In this document: positions 23,840-33,475 of the stretch, one piece after another
How positions within the stretch are numbered: the first letter of the stretch is position 1
Layout of the letters: each line of letters opens with the position of its first letter
Assembly: GCA_964606085.1 (NCBI GenBank)
Contig: CAZSFD010000001.1
Coordinates: forward strand, 199,795 to 263,794
DNA length: 64,000 bases
Direction: 5' to 3'
Source: an uncultured Anaerolineaceae bacterium
GTDB lineage: Bacteria > Chloroflexota > Anaerolineae > Anaerolineales > UBA4823
The notes under the pieces: generated by a model
Databases searched by the model: none
What the model saw: the letters and a program-made list of their open reading frames with translations, nothing else
What the model was told of the DNA's origin: nothing
Translations under genes and position numbers: made by a program

Positions 23840-24604
23840 ATGACTAACGAAACGATCAACCTGATCCACCAGCACGGCTCCGTGCGCGACTACAAACCCG
23901 ACCCCCTGCCCGGCGCACTCGTCGAAACAATCATTGCCGCGGCCCAACGCACGTCCAGCTCGTCTAACCTGCAAACCTACAGCGTTGTCGCCGTCACCGA
24001 CCAGGCCAAACGCACCCAACTGCGTGAATGGTGCGGCGGGCAGAAACACGTCGAACAGGCCCCGCTCTTCCTCACCTGGTGCGCCGACCTGGCCCGCCTG
24101 GATCGCGCCTGCGAACTGCGCGGCTACACCCACGAGCCGGGCTATTTCGAGAACTTTCTCATTGCCGCGGTAGATGCCGTCATCGCCGCCCAAAGCGCGG
24201 CCCTGGCGGCGCAGTCGCTTGGCCTGGGCATCTGCTACATCGGCTCGCTGCGCAACCATCCCGACAAAGTGATCGAACTGCTTGGCCTGCCCAGGCTGGT
24301 CTTCCCCATCGTCGGCATGACGGTCGGCTGGCCGGCCAGCACGCCGCCCATTCGCCCGCGCCTGCCGCTGGAAGCCGTGCTGCACTGGGAAAGCTACAAC
24401 GCCGATCAAGATGCCGCCCTGCTGCAGTACGACGCCGCGATGGCCGCTACCGGCATCTACAAAGACCGCCAGGTGCCCGCCCCCGGCAAACCAGAAGAGA
24501 TGGTGGCCTACGGCTGGCTGGAGCATTCTGCCCGCCGCGCCGCGCAAGTGCTGCGCGCCGAACTGCGCAGCGTGATCGAGGCGCAAGGTTTCGCTTTGAA
24601 ATAA
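23840..24604 (+). CDS. NfsA-type NADPH-dependent nitroreductase/flavin oxidoreductase
   Basis: HGSVRDYKPDPLP...IIAAAQRTSSSSNLQTYSVVAVTD and ...GLGICYIGSLRN are typical of the NfsA/Frp family. Confidence 0.85.
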   Translation: MTNETINLIHQHGSVRDYKPDPLPGALVETIIAAAQRTSSSSNLQTYSVVAVTDQAKRTQLREWCGGQKHVEQAPLFLTWCADLARLDRACELRGYTHEPGYFENFLIAAVDAVIAAQSAALAAQSLGLGICYIGSLRNHPDKVIELLGLPRLVFPIVGMTVGWPASTPPIRPRLPLEAVLHWESYNADQDAALLQYDAAMAATGIYKDRQVPAPGKPEEMVAYGWLEHSARRAAQVLRAELRSVIEAQGFALK

Positions 24605-25422
24605 TGCCCCCTCGCCACCCCCTCGCCATCCCCAAAAAACCGCAAGGCCAGCCCACGCGCGGCAAAACGGCCCGCAACCGGCTGCGCCAGGTGGATCATT
24701 TCGTCCTGCGCTACGACCCCGGCTTGTTGGCGCGGCAGGATGGCGATTTTGCCAACGCCCTGTATGTCGACCTGGGCTACGGGGCCGAGGCCACCACCAC
24801 CCTCGAAAGCGCTGAACGCTTCCGTAAACTCAACCCCGAACTGCGCATTCTGGGCGTAGAGATTGACCCCGCACGCGTGGCCGCCGCCCAGCCCTTCGCC
24901 GATGAACGCACCTTTTTCCGGCTGGGCGGCTTCAATGTGCCGCTGCTGCCCGGCGAGAGCATCCGGCTGATGCGGGCCTTCAATGTGCTGCGGCAGTACG
25001 AGGCAGATCAGGTGGCCCCCGCCTGGGAACAGATGGGGCGCGGCGTGCTGCCCGGCGGTTTGCTGATCGAAGGCACGTCGAACCCCACGGGGGCGATCTG
25101 GGCCGCCAACGTGCTGCGCCGCGGCGAAAACGCCTGGCAGGCGGAGGCGCTCGTCTTCTTCACCAATTTCCACCTCGGCTTCGATCCCGGCGAATTTCAG
25201 ACCATACTGCCCAAGAATTACATCCACCGCGTCATCCCGGGCGAACCAATCTACGACTTTTTCGCCGCCTGGAAAGCCGCCGCCAACGAAAGCAGCGCCG
25301 CGCAAACCTGGGGCTTACGGCAGTGGTTCATCGCCGCGGCGGAGCGGTTGGCTGAACGGGGGTATGGAATCAATTTGCAGCGGGGATGGTTAGCGAAGGG
25401 GTGGCTGATCTGGATCAAATAA
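24604..25422 (+). CDS. Probable class I SAM-dependent methyltransferase
   Basis: The ATG at 24604 shares one base with the upstream TAA. Motif-I-like YVDLGYGAEATT and Rossmann-like alternation (ILGVEIDP...). The upstream part of ORF 24028-25422 is an out-of-frame shadow of the nitroreductase. Confidence 0.55.
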   Translation: MPPRHPLAIPKKPQGQPTRGKTARNRLRQVDHFVLRYDPGLLARQDGDFANALYVDLGYGAEATTTLESAERFRKLNPELRILGVEIDPARVAAAQPFADERTFFRLGGFNVPLLPGESIRLMRAFNVLRQYEADQVAPAWEQMGRGVLPGGLLIEGTSNPTGAIWAANVLRRGENAWQAEALVFFTNFHLGFDPGEFQTILPKNYIHRVIPGEPIYDFFAAWKAAANESSAAQTWGLRQWFIAAAERLAERGYGINLQRGWLAKGWLIWIK

Positions 25423-25444
25423 ACTTCGGCAGTCTTGGGCGAGC

Positions 25445-26584
25445 CTAAGGTTCGCTCGACTTGGGAAGTTTGAGTTCACGTCCCTTCCAGCGCGGCCCGC
25501 CGCGCAAGCGCCACCAGACCGACTGCGCGGCAATGACGGTCATCAGAATCACCGAAATGGGCAGGAAGAGGGCGTCGCGCAGGCGTTGGCCGCTCACCGC
25601 CGCCGTGATCGCCCGCAGGCTGACGCCCAATGCCGCCAGGCCCAATGGCCCCCACGGATACAGCGGCGAGACGGGCAGCCGCCAGCCAAACGCCAGCCAC
25701 AGCCAGGGGAACAAGAACAAGGCCCAATGAAAGAACGTGGAAAAGAGTAAAAAGACGAGCGAATTGGCATGACCTGCCAGGATGTTCTTGGCGAAGCCAT
25801 GGCGCACCTGCTGCCAGTTGGCATACATGCGCGTTTGCAGCAAACCGCCGCCATCGGCCATGCGCAAACGCCGCCCGGCCCGCTTGACCGCCCAGGCAAA
25901 GCCCATATCTTCGACAATGTTCTGGCGTACCGCACCGTGACCGCCCACCTGGGCATACACCGGTCGGCGAAAAACCAGGCATTGCCCGTTGGCGGCGGCA
26001 AATACGGGCCAGGGCGTATGATGGACGGCCAAAATGGGCAAATACCCCACAATGGTAAAAGCCATCAACGGCACCACCAGGCGTTCGGCCCAGGTGTGGG
26101 TGATCTGCGTCGGCCAGATCGTCAGCAGGTCGGCGCGGGTTTGCTCGAAGTGGGCGACGAGTGCCGTTAGCGCCCCCGGCTGCCAGCGCACGTCGGCGTC
26201 GGTGAAGATGAGTAGTTCGCCGGTGGCGTGTTCGCTCAATTGCTGGCAGGCCCAGGCTTTGCCCAGCCAGCCGGGGGGCAGTGGTTTGCCAGGGAAAAGG
26301 CGCAGCCGCGGGTCGCCAGCGGCGGCGGCGAGGGCTATTTCAGCCGTGCCATCGCCCGAATGATCATCCAGGATCAGAATTTCGAGGGCGGGGTAATCTT
26401 GCGCCAGCAGGCTGCGTACGGTTTCGGCGATGACGGCGGCTTCGTTGCGGGCCGGGATGAGCAGCGAAACCCGCTGCGCTCCCGTTGAGGCTGGCCGCAA
26501 GCGCGGAAACGCCAGGGCATTGACCAGGGCGATCAGATTGAGCAATAACAGGGGGAAAAGCAGAGCGAGGAAAAGAAACGCCAT
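25445..26584 (-). CDS. Family 2 glycosyltransferase with C-terminal TM helices
   Basis: VSLLIPARNEAAVIAETVRSLLAQDYPALEILILDDHSGDGT, FTDADV and QCLVFRR motifs. Confidence 0.8.
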   Translation of the reverse strand: MAFLFLALLFPLLLLNLIALVNALAFPRLRPASTGAQRVSLLIPARNEAAVIAETVRSLLAQDYPALEILILDDHSGDGTAEIALAAAAGDPRLRLFPGKPLPPGWLGKAWACQQLSEHATGELLIFTDADVRWQPGALTALVAHFEQTRADLLTIWPTQITHTWAERLVVPLMAFTIVGYLPILAVHHTPWPVFAAANGQCLVFRRPVYAQVGGHGAVRQNIVEDMGFAWAVKRAGRRLRMADGGGLLQTRMYANWQQVRHGFAKNILAGHANSLVFLLFSTFFHWALFLFPWLWLAFGWRLPVSPLYPWGPLGLAALGVSLRAITAAVSGQRLRDALFLPISVILMTVIAAQSVWWRLRGGPRWKGRELKLPKSSEP

Positions 26585-26602
26585 GAAGATGGGATGTGCG
26601 CG

Positions 26603-27088
26603 TTAGCTTTCCTGGCTGGCGCGGTTGGCCCCGGCGGCCGCCACGGCAATCGCCAGCAGGTTGACGACCAACTCATCTATGCCGCCGGGAATGAAGCCGC
26701 CGAAGAAAACGTAAACGGCGGCTGCCAGCAACGGCACGATGATCCAGCGCGGCGTGTTGGGGTCTTTGCGCAGCGCCAGGGCGTAAGTCATCAGCGATCC
26801 CAGGGCGGTCACGGCGGCATCGTCGGCGCCGAGGGGGATCAGGTCGGGGCTGAGGGTGTAGCCGAGGCTGAGCAGGTAGGGCAGGCTGACGGTCAGCCAG
26901 TTCAGGTCGCGCACCTGCGCAAGGGTCAATCCCCCCAGGATGAAGAGCGCCAGGAATGCGCCAAACATGATCAGCAGGCCGGTTTGGAGGTCGTGGTAAT
27001 ACCAGCCCAGGCCCAGCCCGATCAGCGGCAGCACCAGGGCCGCCAGGAAGAACACGATAGCGATGAATAATTTTGTGCGGTCGTTCAT
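26603..27088 (-). CDS. Small polytopic membrane protein, unknown function
   Basis: Start taken at MNDRTKLFIAIVFFLAALVLPLIGL (the ATG at 27088 is 4 nt after the plsY stop). About five hydrophobic helices. Confidence 0.5.
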   Translation of the reverse strand: MNDRTKLFIAIVFFLAALVLPLIGLGLGWYYHDLQTGLLIMFGAFLALFILGGLTLAQVRDLNWLTVSLPYLLSLGYTLSPDLIPLGADDAAVTALGSLMTYALALRKDPNTPRWIIVPLLAAAVYVFFGGFIPGGIDELVVNLLAIAVAAAGANRASQES

Positions 27089-27092
27089 GGGC

Positions 27093-27677
27093 CTATTGTA
27101 CACCCCGGCGGCGGATTGCCGGCCAGCGGTGTAGATCGTGGCGGTATTTCCAGCCCAACAAGATGACCTGCCCCGCCCACACGGCCAGCAACAGCGGGTC
27201 GGGGGCAAAGGCGAACAAATAGATGCCCACCGCCAGCAATGCCGTCATCATTGCCCAGCCCGAGGCGCTCAGGATGGCGAACGCCAGCGAAAGCGCCGCC
27301 AGGGCCACGGCTGGCACCACCCACAACGTCAGACCGATCCAGATGCCCAGGGCGGTGGCTGCGCCCTTGCCGCCTTGCCCGCGTAGAAAGGGCGAGAAGG
27401 CGTGTCCGAGCATCGGGGTCAGGGCGATCAGCACCATCCACGGCCCACGCCAGCCGAAAACCTGGTAGGCCAGGCCGACGGGCAGCGCGGCTTTGCTCAC
27501 GTCGAGCAGCAGCACCGCCAGGCCGAGTTTCCAGCCGCCGGCTTTGAGGGCGTTGGTGGCGCCCGGGTTGCGGTCGCCCACCTGGCGCGGGTCATGCCCG
27601 GTGCGTTTGCCCAGCCAGACGGAGAAGGGCAGGGAGCCGAGGAGAAAGGCGAGAAGGGAGAAGGTGAGGGGGTACAA
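27093..27677 (-). CDS. plsY: Glycerol-3-phosphate acyltransferase PlsY
   Basis: LLGSLPFSVWLGK...GDRNPGATNALKAGG and the multi-TM layout are typical of PlsY. Confidence 0.85.
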   Translation of the reverse strand: MYPLTFSLLAFLLGSLPFSVWLGKRTGHDPRQVGDRNPGATNALKAGGWKLGLAVLLLDVSKAALPVGLAYQVFGWRGPWMVLIALTPMLGHAFSPFLRGQGGKGAATALGIWIGLTLWVVPAVALAALSLAFAILSASGWAMMTALLAVGIYLFAFAPDPLLLAVWAGQVILLGWKYRHDLHRWPAIRRRGVQ

Positions 27678-27769
27678 GGGGAAAAGGTGATCTGGTCGTT
27701 AGACCGCTCCGAAACAGATGCCCATGATCGGGTTGAGTATCAGCAGATGAAAATTCAGATGCTTAGTTT

Positions 27770-28921
27770 TTATAAGGCTTCGGTCAAAATCCCCGCCATT
27801 TCTTCTTCTGTCAGCGCCACCGGGTTCGCTTTCATACTGCTGGCTCGGGCGGCTTTTGGGATGAGGGCGGGGATTTGGTCAGCCGTAAAGTGATTGGCAG
27901 AAAGTGGGGGGATGCACAGGTCGGCACAGAGTTGGTGGAGGAAGGCTACGCCATCGGTGCGGCGGGCGTGGGGGTTGGCGGTGAGCAACCGGGCGATTTC
28001 ATCGTAACGCGATAAAACCTGGCTTTCGGGCTGGCGGGCTTCGAGAGCGCGGATGTTGGCTGCTACCACGAAGGGCAGCAGGCGGGCGCATAGCGCGCCA
28101 TGAGGGGCGTCCATTTGCCCCCCCAGTGGCCCGGCGAAGCCATGCACAGCGCCCAACCCGGCATTGGCCAGCGCCAGGCCGCTGAGCAGCGCGGCATACG
28201 ACAAATCCTGGCGGGCGGCGGGGTCGTCGCTTGCATAGGCGCGGCGCAGCGAGCGGGCCGAACGGGTGATGCCATCGCGGCAAAGCGCATCTACCAGCGG
28301 GTTGGGTTTGTTGCAGGTGAAGGGTTCGATCAGTTGCGTCAGCGCATCCAGGCCGGTGCTGGCAGTGACGGCGGGCGGCAGGCCGTAGGTACGCGCAGGG
28401 TCAACCAACGCCAGGCGCGGCAGCATGAGCGGGCTGCGCAAACTGACCTTGACGCCATGCTCCGGCGAGCCGATCACGGCGTTGCGGGTGACTTCGCTGC
28501 CGGTGCCGGCGGTGGTAGGAATGGCGATGAAGGGCAGCGGGGCATTCAACAACGCCCGTCCCTGGCCGATCACTTCCAGGTAATCCAGCACGTCGCCGGG
28601 GTTGGCCGCCAGGGCGGCAATGGCCTTGCCTGCATCGAGGGCGCTGCCGCCGCCGAAACCGATCACCAGGCTGCAATCGGCCTGGCGGGCCAGTTCCACG
28701 CCCCGCCGCACGGTCTCGACCAGCGGTTCGCCGGCGACCGAAAAGGTAGTGACGGCGACCGATTGAGCGGCGAGCGCATCCAACAAAGCCGCGGCACGCG
28801 CGGGATTGGCCCCGGTGACGAGCAGGGCGCGCTGGCCCATATTGGCAGCCCGCTGCCCGGCCTCGGCGATCAGGCCGGGGCCGAAGATGATTTGGGTGGC
28901 GGTGGCAAATTCAAATCGCAT
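27770..28921 (-). CDS. Iron-containing (group III) alcohol dehydrogenase
   Basis: IIFGPG...ALLVTG, GFGGGSALDAGKAIA, IAIPTTAGTGSEVT and His-rich metal site region (AVHGFAGPLG). Confidence 0.85.
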   Translation of the reverse strand: MRFEFATATQIIFGPGLIAEAGQRAANMGQRALLVTGANPARAAALLDALAAQSVAVTTFSVAGEPLVETVRRGVELARQADCSLVIGFGGGSALDAGKAIAALAANPGDVLDYLEVIGQGRALLNAPLPFIAIPTTAGTGSEVTRNAVIGSPEHGVKVSLRSPLMLPRLALVDPARTYGLPPAVTASTGLDALTQLIEPFTCNKPNPLVDALCRDGITRSARSLRRAYASDDPAARQDLSYAALLSGLALANAGLGAVHGFAGPLGGQMDAPHGALCARLLPFVVAANIRALEARQPESQVLSRYDEIARLLTANPHARRTDGVAFLHQLCADLCIPPLSANHFTADQIPALIPKAARASSMKANPVALTEEEMAGILTEAL

Positions 28922-28977
28922 GGCGTGATTTTAACTGAAAAAGTGGTCATTCATCCATTTCAAATGCAAACCCATGA

Positions 28978-29006
28978 TTGACAATCCACGCGCCCCTCGG
29001 TACAAT
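28978..29006 (+). promoter_or_regulatory. Candidate sigma70-type promoter of the marR-ABC operon
   Basis: TTGACA (28978-28983), 17-nt spacer, TACAAT (29001-29006). The leader carries three TTAAC words (ttaacccacttaactattcgtagaattaacta), a possible MarR operator. Confidence 0.45.
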
Positions 29007-29043
29007 CAATTAACCCACTTAACTATTCGTAGAATTAACTACC

Positions 29044-29511
29044 ATGCCCCCGTCCGACACCCTCACCCAACAAACCATCGAGCGCTTCTGGGAAACCATC
29101 CCCCCCACCTGGAACCGCATTCGCCAACGCATTCGCGCCAGTGCCAGCGAAGATTTCGGCATCTCGGTTGAGCAGTTTCACATCTTGCGCCACATCCGCA
29201 AGGGATTTCGCACCATTAGCGCATTGGCCGAGGAGCGCCTGATCAGCCGCCCTGCCGCCAGCCAGATTGTGGACGCGTTGGTGGGCAAGGGGCTGGTCGA
29301 ACGCTGCCCCTCTGCCGAAGACCGCCGCCGGGTTGACCTGACCCTGACCGAAGCCGGTAACGAACTGCTCAACGCCATCTTCCAGCAAAACCGCGCCTGG
29401 ATGCAAACCCGACTCGCCGCCCTCGACGAAGACGAACTCGCCCGCCTGCTCGATGGGTTGGAAGTTTTGCAAAGGGCGTTTGGCGAGTCGGGCGAAGAAA
29501 AGCACCCATAG
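29044..29511 (+). CDS. MarR-family transcriptional regulator
   Basis: Winged-helix segment (ISVEQFHILRHIRKGFRTISALAEERLISRPAASQIVDALVGKGLVERCPSAEDRRRVDLTLTEAG). Confidence 0.8.
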   Translation: MPPSDTLTQQTIERFWETIPPTWNRIRQRIRASASEDFGISVEQFHILRHIRKGFRTISALAEERLISRPAASQIVDALVGKGLVERCPSAEDRRRVDLTLTEAGNELLNAIFQQNRAWMQTRLAALDEDELARLLDGLEVLQRAFGESGEEKHP

Positions 29512-29549
29512 CGCAAACCTATCGCAAGTCAGAGACTTGCGCCACAAGC
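29509..29549. repeat. GCGCAA-type REP-like element
   Basis: tagcgcaaacctat-cgcaagtc-agag-gacttgcg-ccacaagc. The stem is identical to the one at 44382-44400. Confidence 0.55.
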
Positions 29550-29567
29550 TACCCACACAGGAACAAA

Positions 29568-31331
29568 GTGAACCTCATCCGCCGCATTCTCCACTACGTC
29601 AGACCCTACTGGGGCTGGTCAACCATCAGCCTGGTGCTGCTGACCACCGTCGTCTTCATGGATTTAGCCATCCCGCGGCTGATCCAGCGCATCATTGACC
29701 AGGGCATCAACCAGGGCGATCAGAACGTCGTCATCCAGACCGCCGTGATCATGCTGGGCATCTCCGCCCTCAGCACCATCTTCGCCCTCGGCAACAACTA
29801 CTACTCGATCCAGGTCGGCGAAAGCATCGGGCGCGATTTGCGCGAGGCGCTCTTCGTCAAAATCCAGTCGTTTTCGCACGGCAACCTCGACCACTTCACC
29901 ACCGGCAAGCTGATGGTGCGCCTGAGCAGCGACGCCGGGGCCGCCCAACGCCTGGTACAGGTGACGCTGCGCATCGGCACACGCGCGCCCATGCTGATGA
30001 TCGGCAGCCTGATCCTGATGTTCAGCACCAGCAGCAGCATGGCATTGACGATTTTGCCGCTGTTACTCGTGACGGGCGTGGTCATCGCCATTTTCAGCAT
30101 CAAAATGGAGCCGATGTACCGCTTCGTGCAGCAAAAGCTGGACTGGATGAACACCGTGCTGCAAGAAAACATCGCCGGGGTGCGCGTGGTCAAGGCTTTC
30201 GTGCGCGCCGAACGCGAAGAGCAGCGCTTCGAGGCCGCCAACGAAGAATTCACCCGCAGCAATGTGCGCGTGATGCAGTTCATGTCCAGCCTGTGGCCGG
30301 CCAGCACCGTCATTGTCAATATCGGCATGGTGGTAGTGATTTGGGCCGGCGGGCTGCGCGCCATCGAAGGCCAGATGTCCCAGGGGCAGATCGTCGCTTT
30401 CATCAATTACCTGATGACCACCCTCGGCCCGCTCACGCTGATGGCCATGCTCTCGAACACCTGGGCCAACGGCTTCGCCTCGATGCGGCGCATCCTCGAA
30501 GTGCTGGATGCCGAACCCGAAGTGCAGCAAGCCGCCAACGCCTACCCGCTGCCCGAGGATGTGCGCGGGCGCGTGGTCTTCGAGAACGTGTCCTTTCACT
30601 ACAACGGCAGTTGCGACGAACCCGTCTTGCGGGAGGTCAACCTGACCGCCGAAGCGGGGCAGATGGTGGCGATTTTAGGGGCCACCGGTTCCGGCAAAAG
30701 CTCGCTGGTCAACCTGGTGCCGCGCTTTTACGATGTGGCCGGCGGGCGCGTGCTGATTGACAGACACGACCTGCGTGACCTGCAGCAGCAATCGTTGATT
30801 GCCCAGGTCGGCATCGTGCCGCAGGAGACGATCCTGTTTTCGGGCAGCGTGCGCGACAACATCCGCTATGGCCGCCCCGAAGCCTCTGAAGACGAGGTGA
30901 TCGCCGCCGCCAAAGTAGCCCAGGCCCACGAGTTCATCCTCAAACTGCCCAACGGCTACGACACCCACGTGGAAGAGCGCGGCGTCAATCTGTCGGGCGG
31001 GCAAAAGCAGCGCCTGGCCATCGCCCGCGCCATCGTCACCCGCCCCAAAATTCTCATTTTCGATGACAGCACCAGCTCGGTAGACGTGGAAACCGAAACC
31101 AAAATCCAGCACGGCCTGGAAGCGATGCTCAAAGAAACCACCCGCTTCGTGGTGGCGCAGCGCATCAGCACCGTGCTGAACGCCGACAAAATCGTCGTTA
31201 TTGACCAGGGGCGCATCGCCGCCGAAGGCACGCACGCCCACCTGATGCAGACCAGCCCCATCTACCGCGAAATTTACGACTCGCAGTTGGGCGAAGGTTT
31301 GCGTGCCGAAACGGAGGTAGGGCGAAATTAA
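29568..31331 (+). CDS. ABC exporter, fused permease/ATPase (heterodimer partner 1)
   Basis: GTG start. Six-helix TMD then GATGSGKSS, LSGGQKQRLAIARAI, ILIFDDSTSSVD. Confidence 0.9.
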   Translation: MNLIRRILHYVRPYWGWSTISLVLLTTVVFMDLAIPRLIQRIIDQGINQGDQNVVIQTAVIMLGISALSTIFALGNNYYSIQVGESIGRDLREALFVKIQSFSHGNLDHFTTGKLMVRLSSDAGAAQRLVQVTLRIGTRAPMLMIGSLILMFSTSSSMALTILPLLLVTGVVIAIFSIKMEPMYRFVQQKLDWMNTVLQENIAGVRVVKAFVRAEREEQRFEAANEEFTRSNVRVMQFMSSLWPASTVIVNIGMVVVIWAGGLRAIEGQMSQGQIVAFINYLMTTLGPLTLMAMLSNTWANGFASMRRILEVLDAEPEVQQAANAYPLPEDVRGRVVFENVSFHYNGSCDEPVLREVNLTAEAGQMVAILGATGSGKSSLVNLVPRFYDVAGGRVLIDRHDLRDLQQQSLIAQVGIVPQETILFSGSVRDNIRYGRPEASEDEVIAAAKVAQAHEFILKLPNGYDTHVEERGVNLSGGQKQRLAIARAIVTRPKILIFDDSTSSVDVETETKIQHGLEAMLKETTRFVVAQRISTVLNADKIVVIDQGRIAAEGTHAHLMQTSPIYREIYDSQLGEGLRAETEVGRN

Positions 31332-31342
31332 TTTCGCCCTAC
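31317..31342. repeat. 26-bp perfect palindrome GTAGGGCGAAATTAATTTCGCCCTAC (copy 1)
   Basis: Read directly. Contains the TAA stop (31329-31331) of the upstream ABC gene. An identical copy lies at 36759-36784. Confidence 0.9.
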
Positions 31343-31355
31343 AGGAGGTTTACCC

Positions 31356-33167
31356 ATGCCCCCACACCATCACCAGACCAACACCTCAGCCGCGCCGCGC
31401 GGCGGCTGGATGACACCCGGACGGATCGAGAAAGCGCGTGACTCGCGCCAGGCGTTGCTGCGGCTGGCCGGCTACCTCAAGCCATTCACCGCCGCCCTGA
31501 TCGGCGTGATGTTTTTGGTTGTTGGCTACACGCTGCTTGGGCTGCTCGGCCCCTATCTCACCGGCCTCGCCATTGACCAGTTCATCGCCACTGGCGATGC
31601 CCCCGGCCTGGCGCGCATCGCCGCCATCATGTTGACAGCCTACCTGCTCAACAACCTGCTGCACCTGATCAGCGCCTGGGTGATGGCGGGCATCTCGCAG
31701 CGGGCGCTCAAGCAACTGCGCCGCGACCTGTTCGCTCACCTGCAAAAGCTGCCGCTCAGCTTCTTCGACCGCAACCCCGCCGGTGAGCTGATGAGCCGCC
31801 TGACCAACGACATTGACGCCATCAACCAGGCCGTCTCGCAGAATGTGGTTTCACTGTTCGCCAGCGTGCTTTCGCTGGTGGGCATCGTCATTGCCATGTT
31901 TACGCTTAATCCCTGGCTGGCGTTGACCACCTTGCTGGTGGTGCCGATCATGCTCTGGTTTACCAACTTCATCGCCCAATATACCCGCCGCGGCTTTCGC
32001 GAACTGCAAAAGCACCTCGGTTCGATGAACGCCGTCATGGAAGAAGCCATCAGCGGGGCCAAGGTGATCAACGCCTTCCGCCGCAAAGACAGCGCCATCG
32101 AAACCTTCCGCCAGCACAACCACGAAGTCTACAAAGCCGCCGTCTACGCCAACACCTACGCCTTCATGCTCATGCCGCTGACCAATGTGCTGGGCAACTT
32201 CTTCGTCATCGTGCTGGCCGGGCTGGGCGGCTGGCTGGCGCTGCAAGGGCTGGCCACCGTGGGGACGATTGCCGCCTTCATCGCCTATGCCCAGCAATAC
32301 ATTAACCCGCTGCGCCAACTGGCCAACGTGTACAACGCCGTCCAGGCTGCGCTGGCCGGTTCGGAGCGCGTCTTCGACATCCTCGACACCGCCCCCGAAA
32401 CCGACTGCGCCGAAGACGGTGCGGCGCTGCGCGGCCATGTACGCTTCGACCAGGTCAACTTCAGCTACGTCCCCGGCACGCCGATCCTCAAAAACATGAA
32501 CCTGGAAGCGCAAACCGGGCAAACGATTGCCCTGGTCGGCCCGACCGGCGCTGGCAAGACAACGCTGATCAACCTGCTTTCGCATTTCTACGAACTCGAT
32601 TCCGGCGGCATCTGCATAGATGGCCGCGACCTGCGCGACATCCCCAAGGCTGACTTGCGCCGCCAGTTGGGGATTGTGCTGCAAGACACGTTTTTATTTT
32701 CCGACACGGTGCTGGAGAACATCCGCTATGGGCGTCTCGACGCCAGCGACGAGGCGTGTATGCGGGCCGCCGAAATGGCCGACGCCGACCACTTCATCCG
32801 CCAACTGCCCCACGGCTACCAGACGCAGCTTTCCGAGCGGGCCAGCAACCTGAGCCAGGGCCAGCGCCAGATGCTCGCCATCGCCCGCGCCATCCTGGCC
32901 GACCCGGCCATCCTGATCCTCGACGAGGCCACCAGCAGCGTGGACACACGCACCGAAGCGCGCATCCAAAAGGCGCTGCTGCGGCTGATGGAGGGCCGGA
33001 CGAGTTTCGTCATCGCTCACCGCTTAAGCACCATCCGCGACGCCGATAACGTGCTGGTAATCAAAGACGGCGAGATTGTGGAGCAGGGCAGCCATCAAAG
33101 CCTGCTCGATCAACGCGGGTTTTATCATCAGTTGTATGTCAGTCAATTCAAAGGTCAGGCCATTTAA
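31356..33167 (+). CDS. ABC exporter, fused permease/ATPase (heterodimer partner 2)
   Basis: AGGAGG RBS. TMD then GPTGAGKTTLINLL, LSQGQRQMLAIARAIL, ILILDEATSSVD. Confidence 0.9.
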   Translation: MPPHHHQTNTSAAPRGGWMTPGRIEKARDSRQALLRLAGYLKPFTAALIGVMFLVVGYTLLGLLGPYLTGLAIDQFIATGDAPGLARIAAIMLTAYLLNNLLHLISAWVMAGISQRALKQLRRDLFAHLQKLPLSFFDRNPAGELMSRLTNDIDAINQAVSQNVVSLFASVLSLVGIVIAMFTLNPWLALTTLLVVPIMLWFTNFIAQYTRRGFRELQKHLGSMNAVMEEAISGAKVINAFRRKDSAIETFRQHNHEVYKAAVYANTYAFMLMPLTNVLGNFFVIVLAGLGGWLALQGLATVGTIAAFIAYAQQYINPLRQLANVYNAVQAALAGSERVFDILDTAPETDCAEDGAALRGHVRFDQVNFSYVPGTPILKNMNLEAQTGQTIALVGPTGAGKTTLINLLSHFYELDSGGICIDGRDLRDIPKADLRRQLGIVLQDTFLFSDTVLENIRYGRLDASDEACMRAAEMADADHFIRQLPHGYQTQLSERASNLSQGQRQMLAIARAILADPAILILDEATSSVDTRTEARIQKALLRLMEGRTSFVIAHRLSTIRDADNVLVIKDGEIVEQGSHQSLLDQRGFYHQLYVSQFKGQAI

Positions 33168-33235
33168 CTCAAGTCACAGGCAAAAATGCTGCTGGCAGGT
33201 ATACTGAACTGAAATCCCACTTCAGGAGCATTCCC

Positions 33236-33433
33236 ATGACCGATCAAACCCCCGCCTGCCTGGTCTGCCAGCAGACCAGCCAACAAATCCCCCTCATCCC
33301 GCTCATCTTTGGCGAAACGACCTACCATATCTGCCCCTCGCACCTGCCGGTGCTAATCCACCACCCGCAAAAGCTGGTCGGCCTGCTGCCCGGCGCAGAG
33401 AAACTAACGCCCCACGACCACGGCGACGAGTAG
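33236..33433 (+). CDS. Small Cys/His protein, unknown function
   Basis: 65 aa, AGGAG RBS 8 nt upstream. CLVC...HICPSH could be a zinc knuckle. Confidence 0.4.
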   Translation: MTDQTPACLVCQQTSQQIPLIPLIFGETTYHICPSHLPVLIHHPQKLVGLLPGAEKLTPHDHGDE

Positions 33434-33439
33434 TACCAG

Positions 33440-33475
33440 AAAAATTCCGAAGTTTTGAAAACTTCGGAATTTTTT
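33440..33475. terminator. Bidirectional terminator (perfect 17-bp-arm palindrome flanked by A/T runs)
   Basis: aaaaattccgaagtttt-g-aaaacttcggaattttt lies between convergent genes. Confidence 0.7.

Noticed and set aside
24028-24603. N-terminal 192 codons of ORF 24028-25422
   Set aside because: This part is out of frame over the nitroreductase gene and Arg/Pro-rich. The real methyltransferase-like gene most likely starts at the ATG at 24604.
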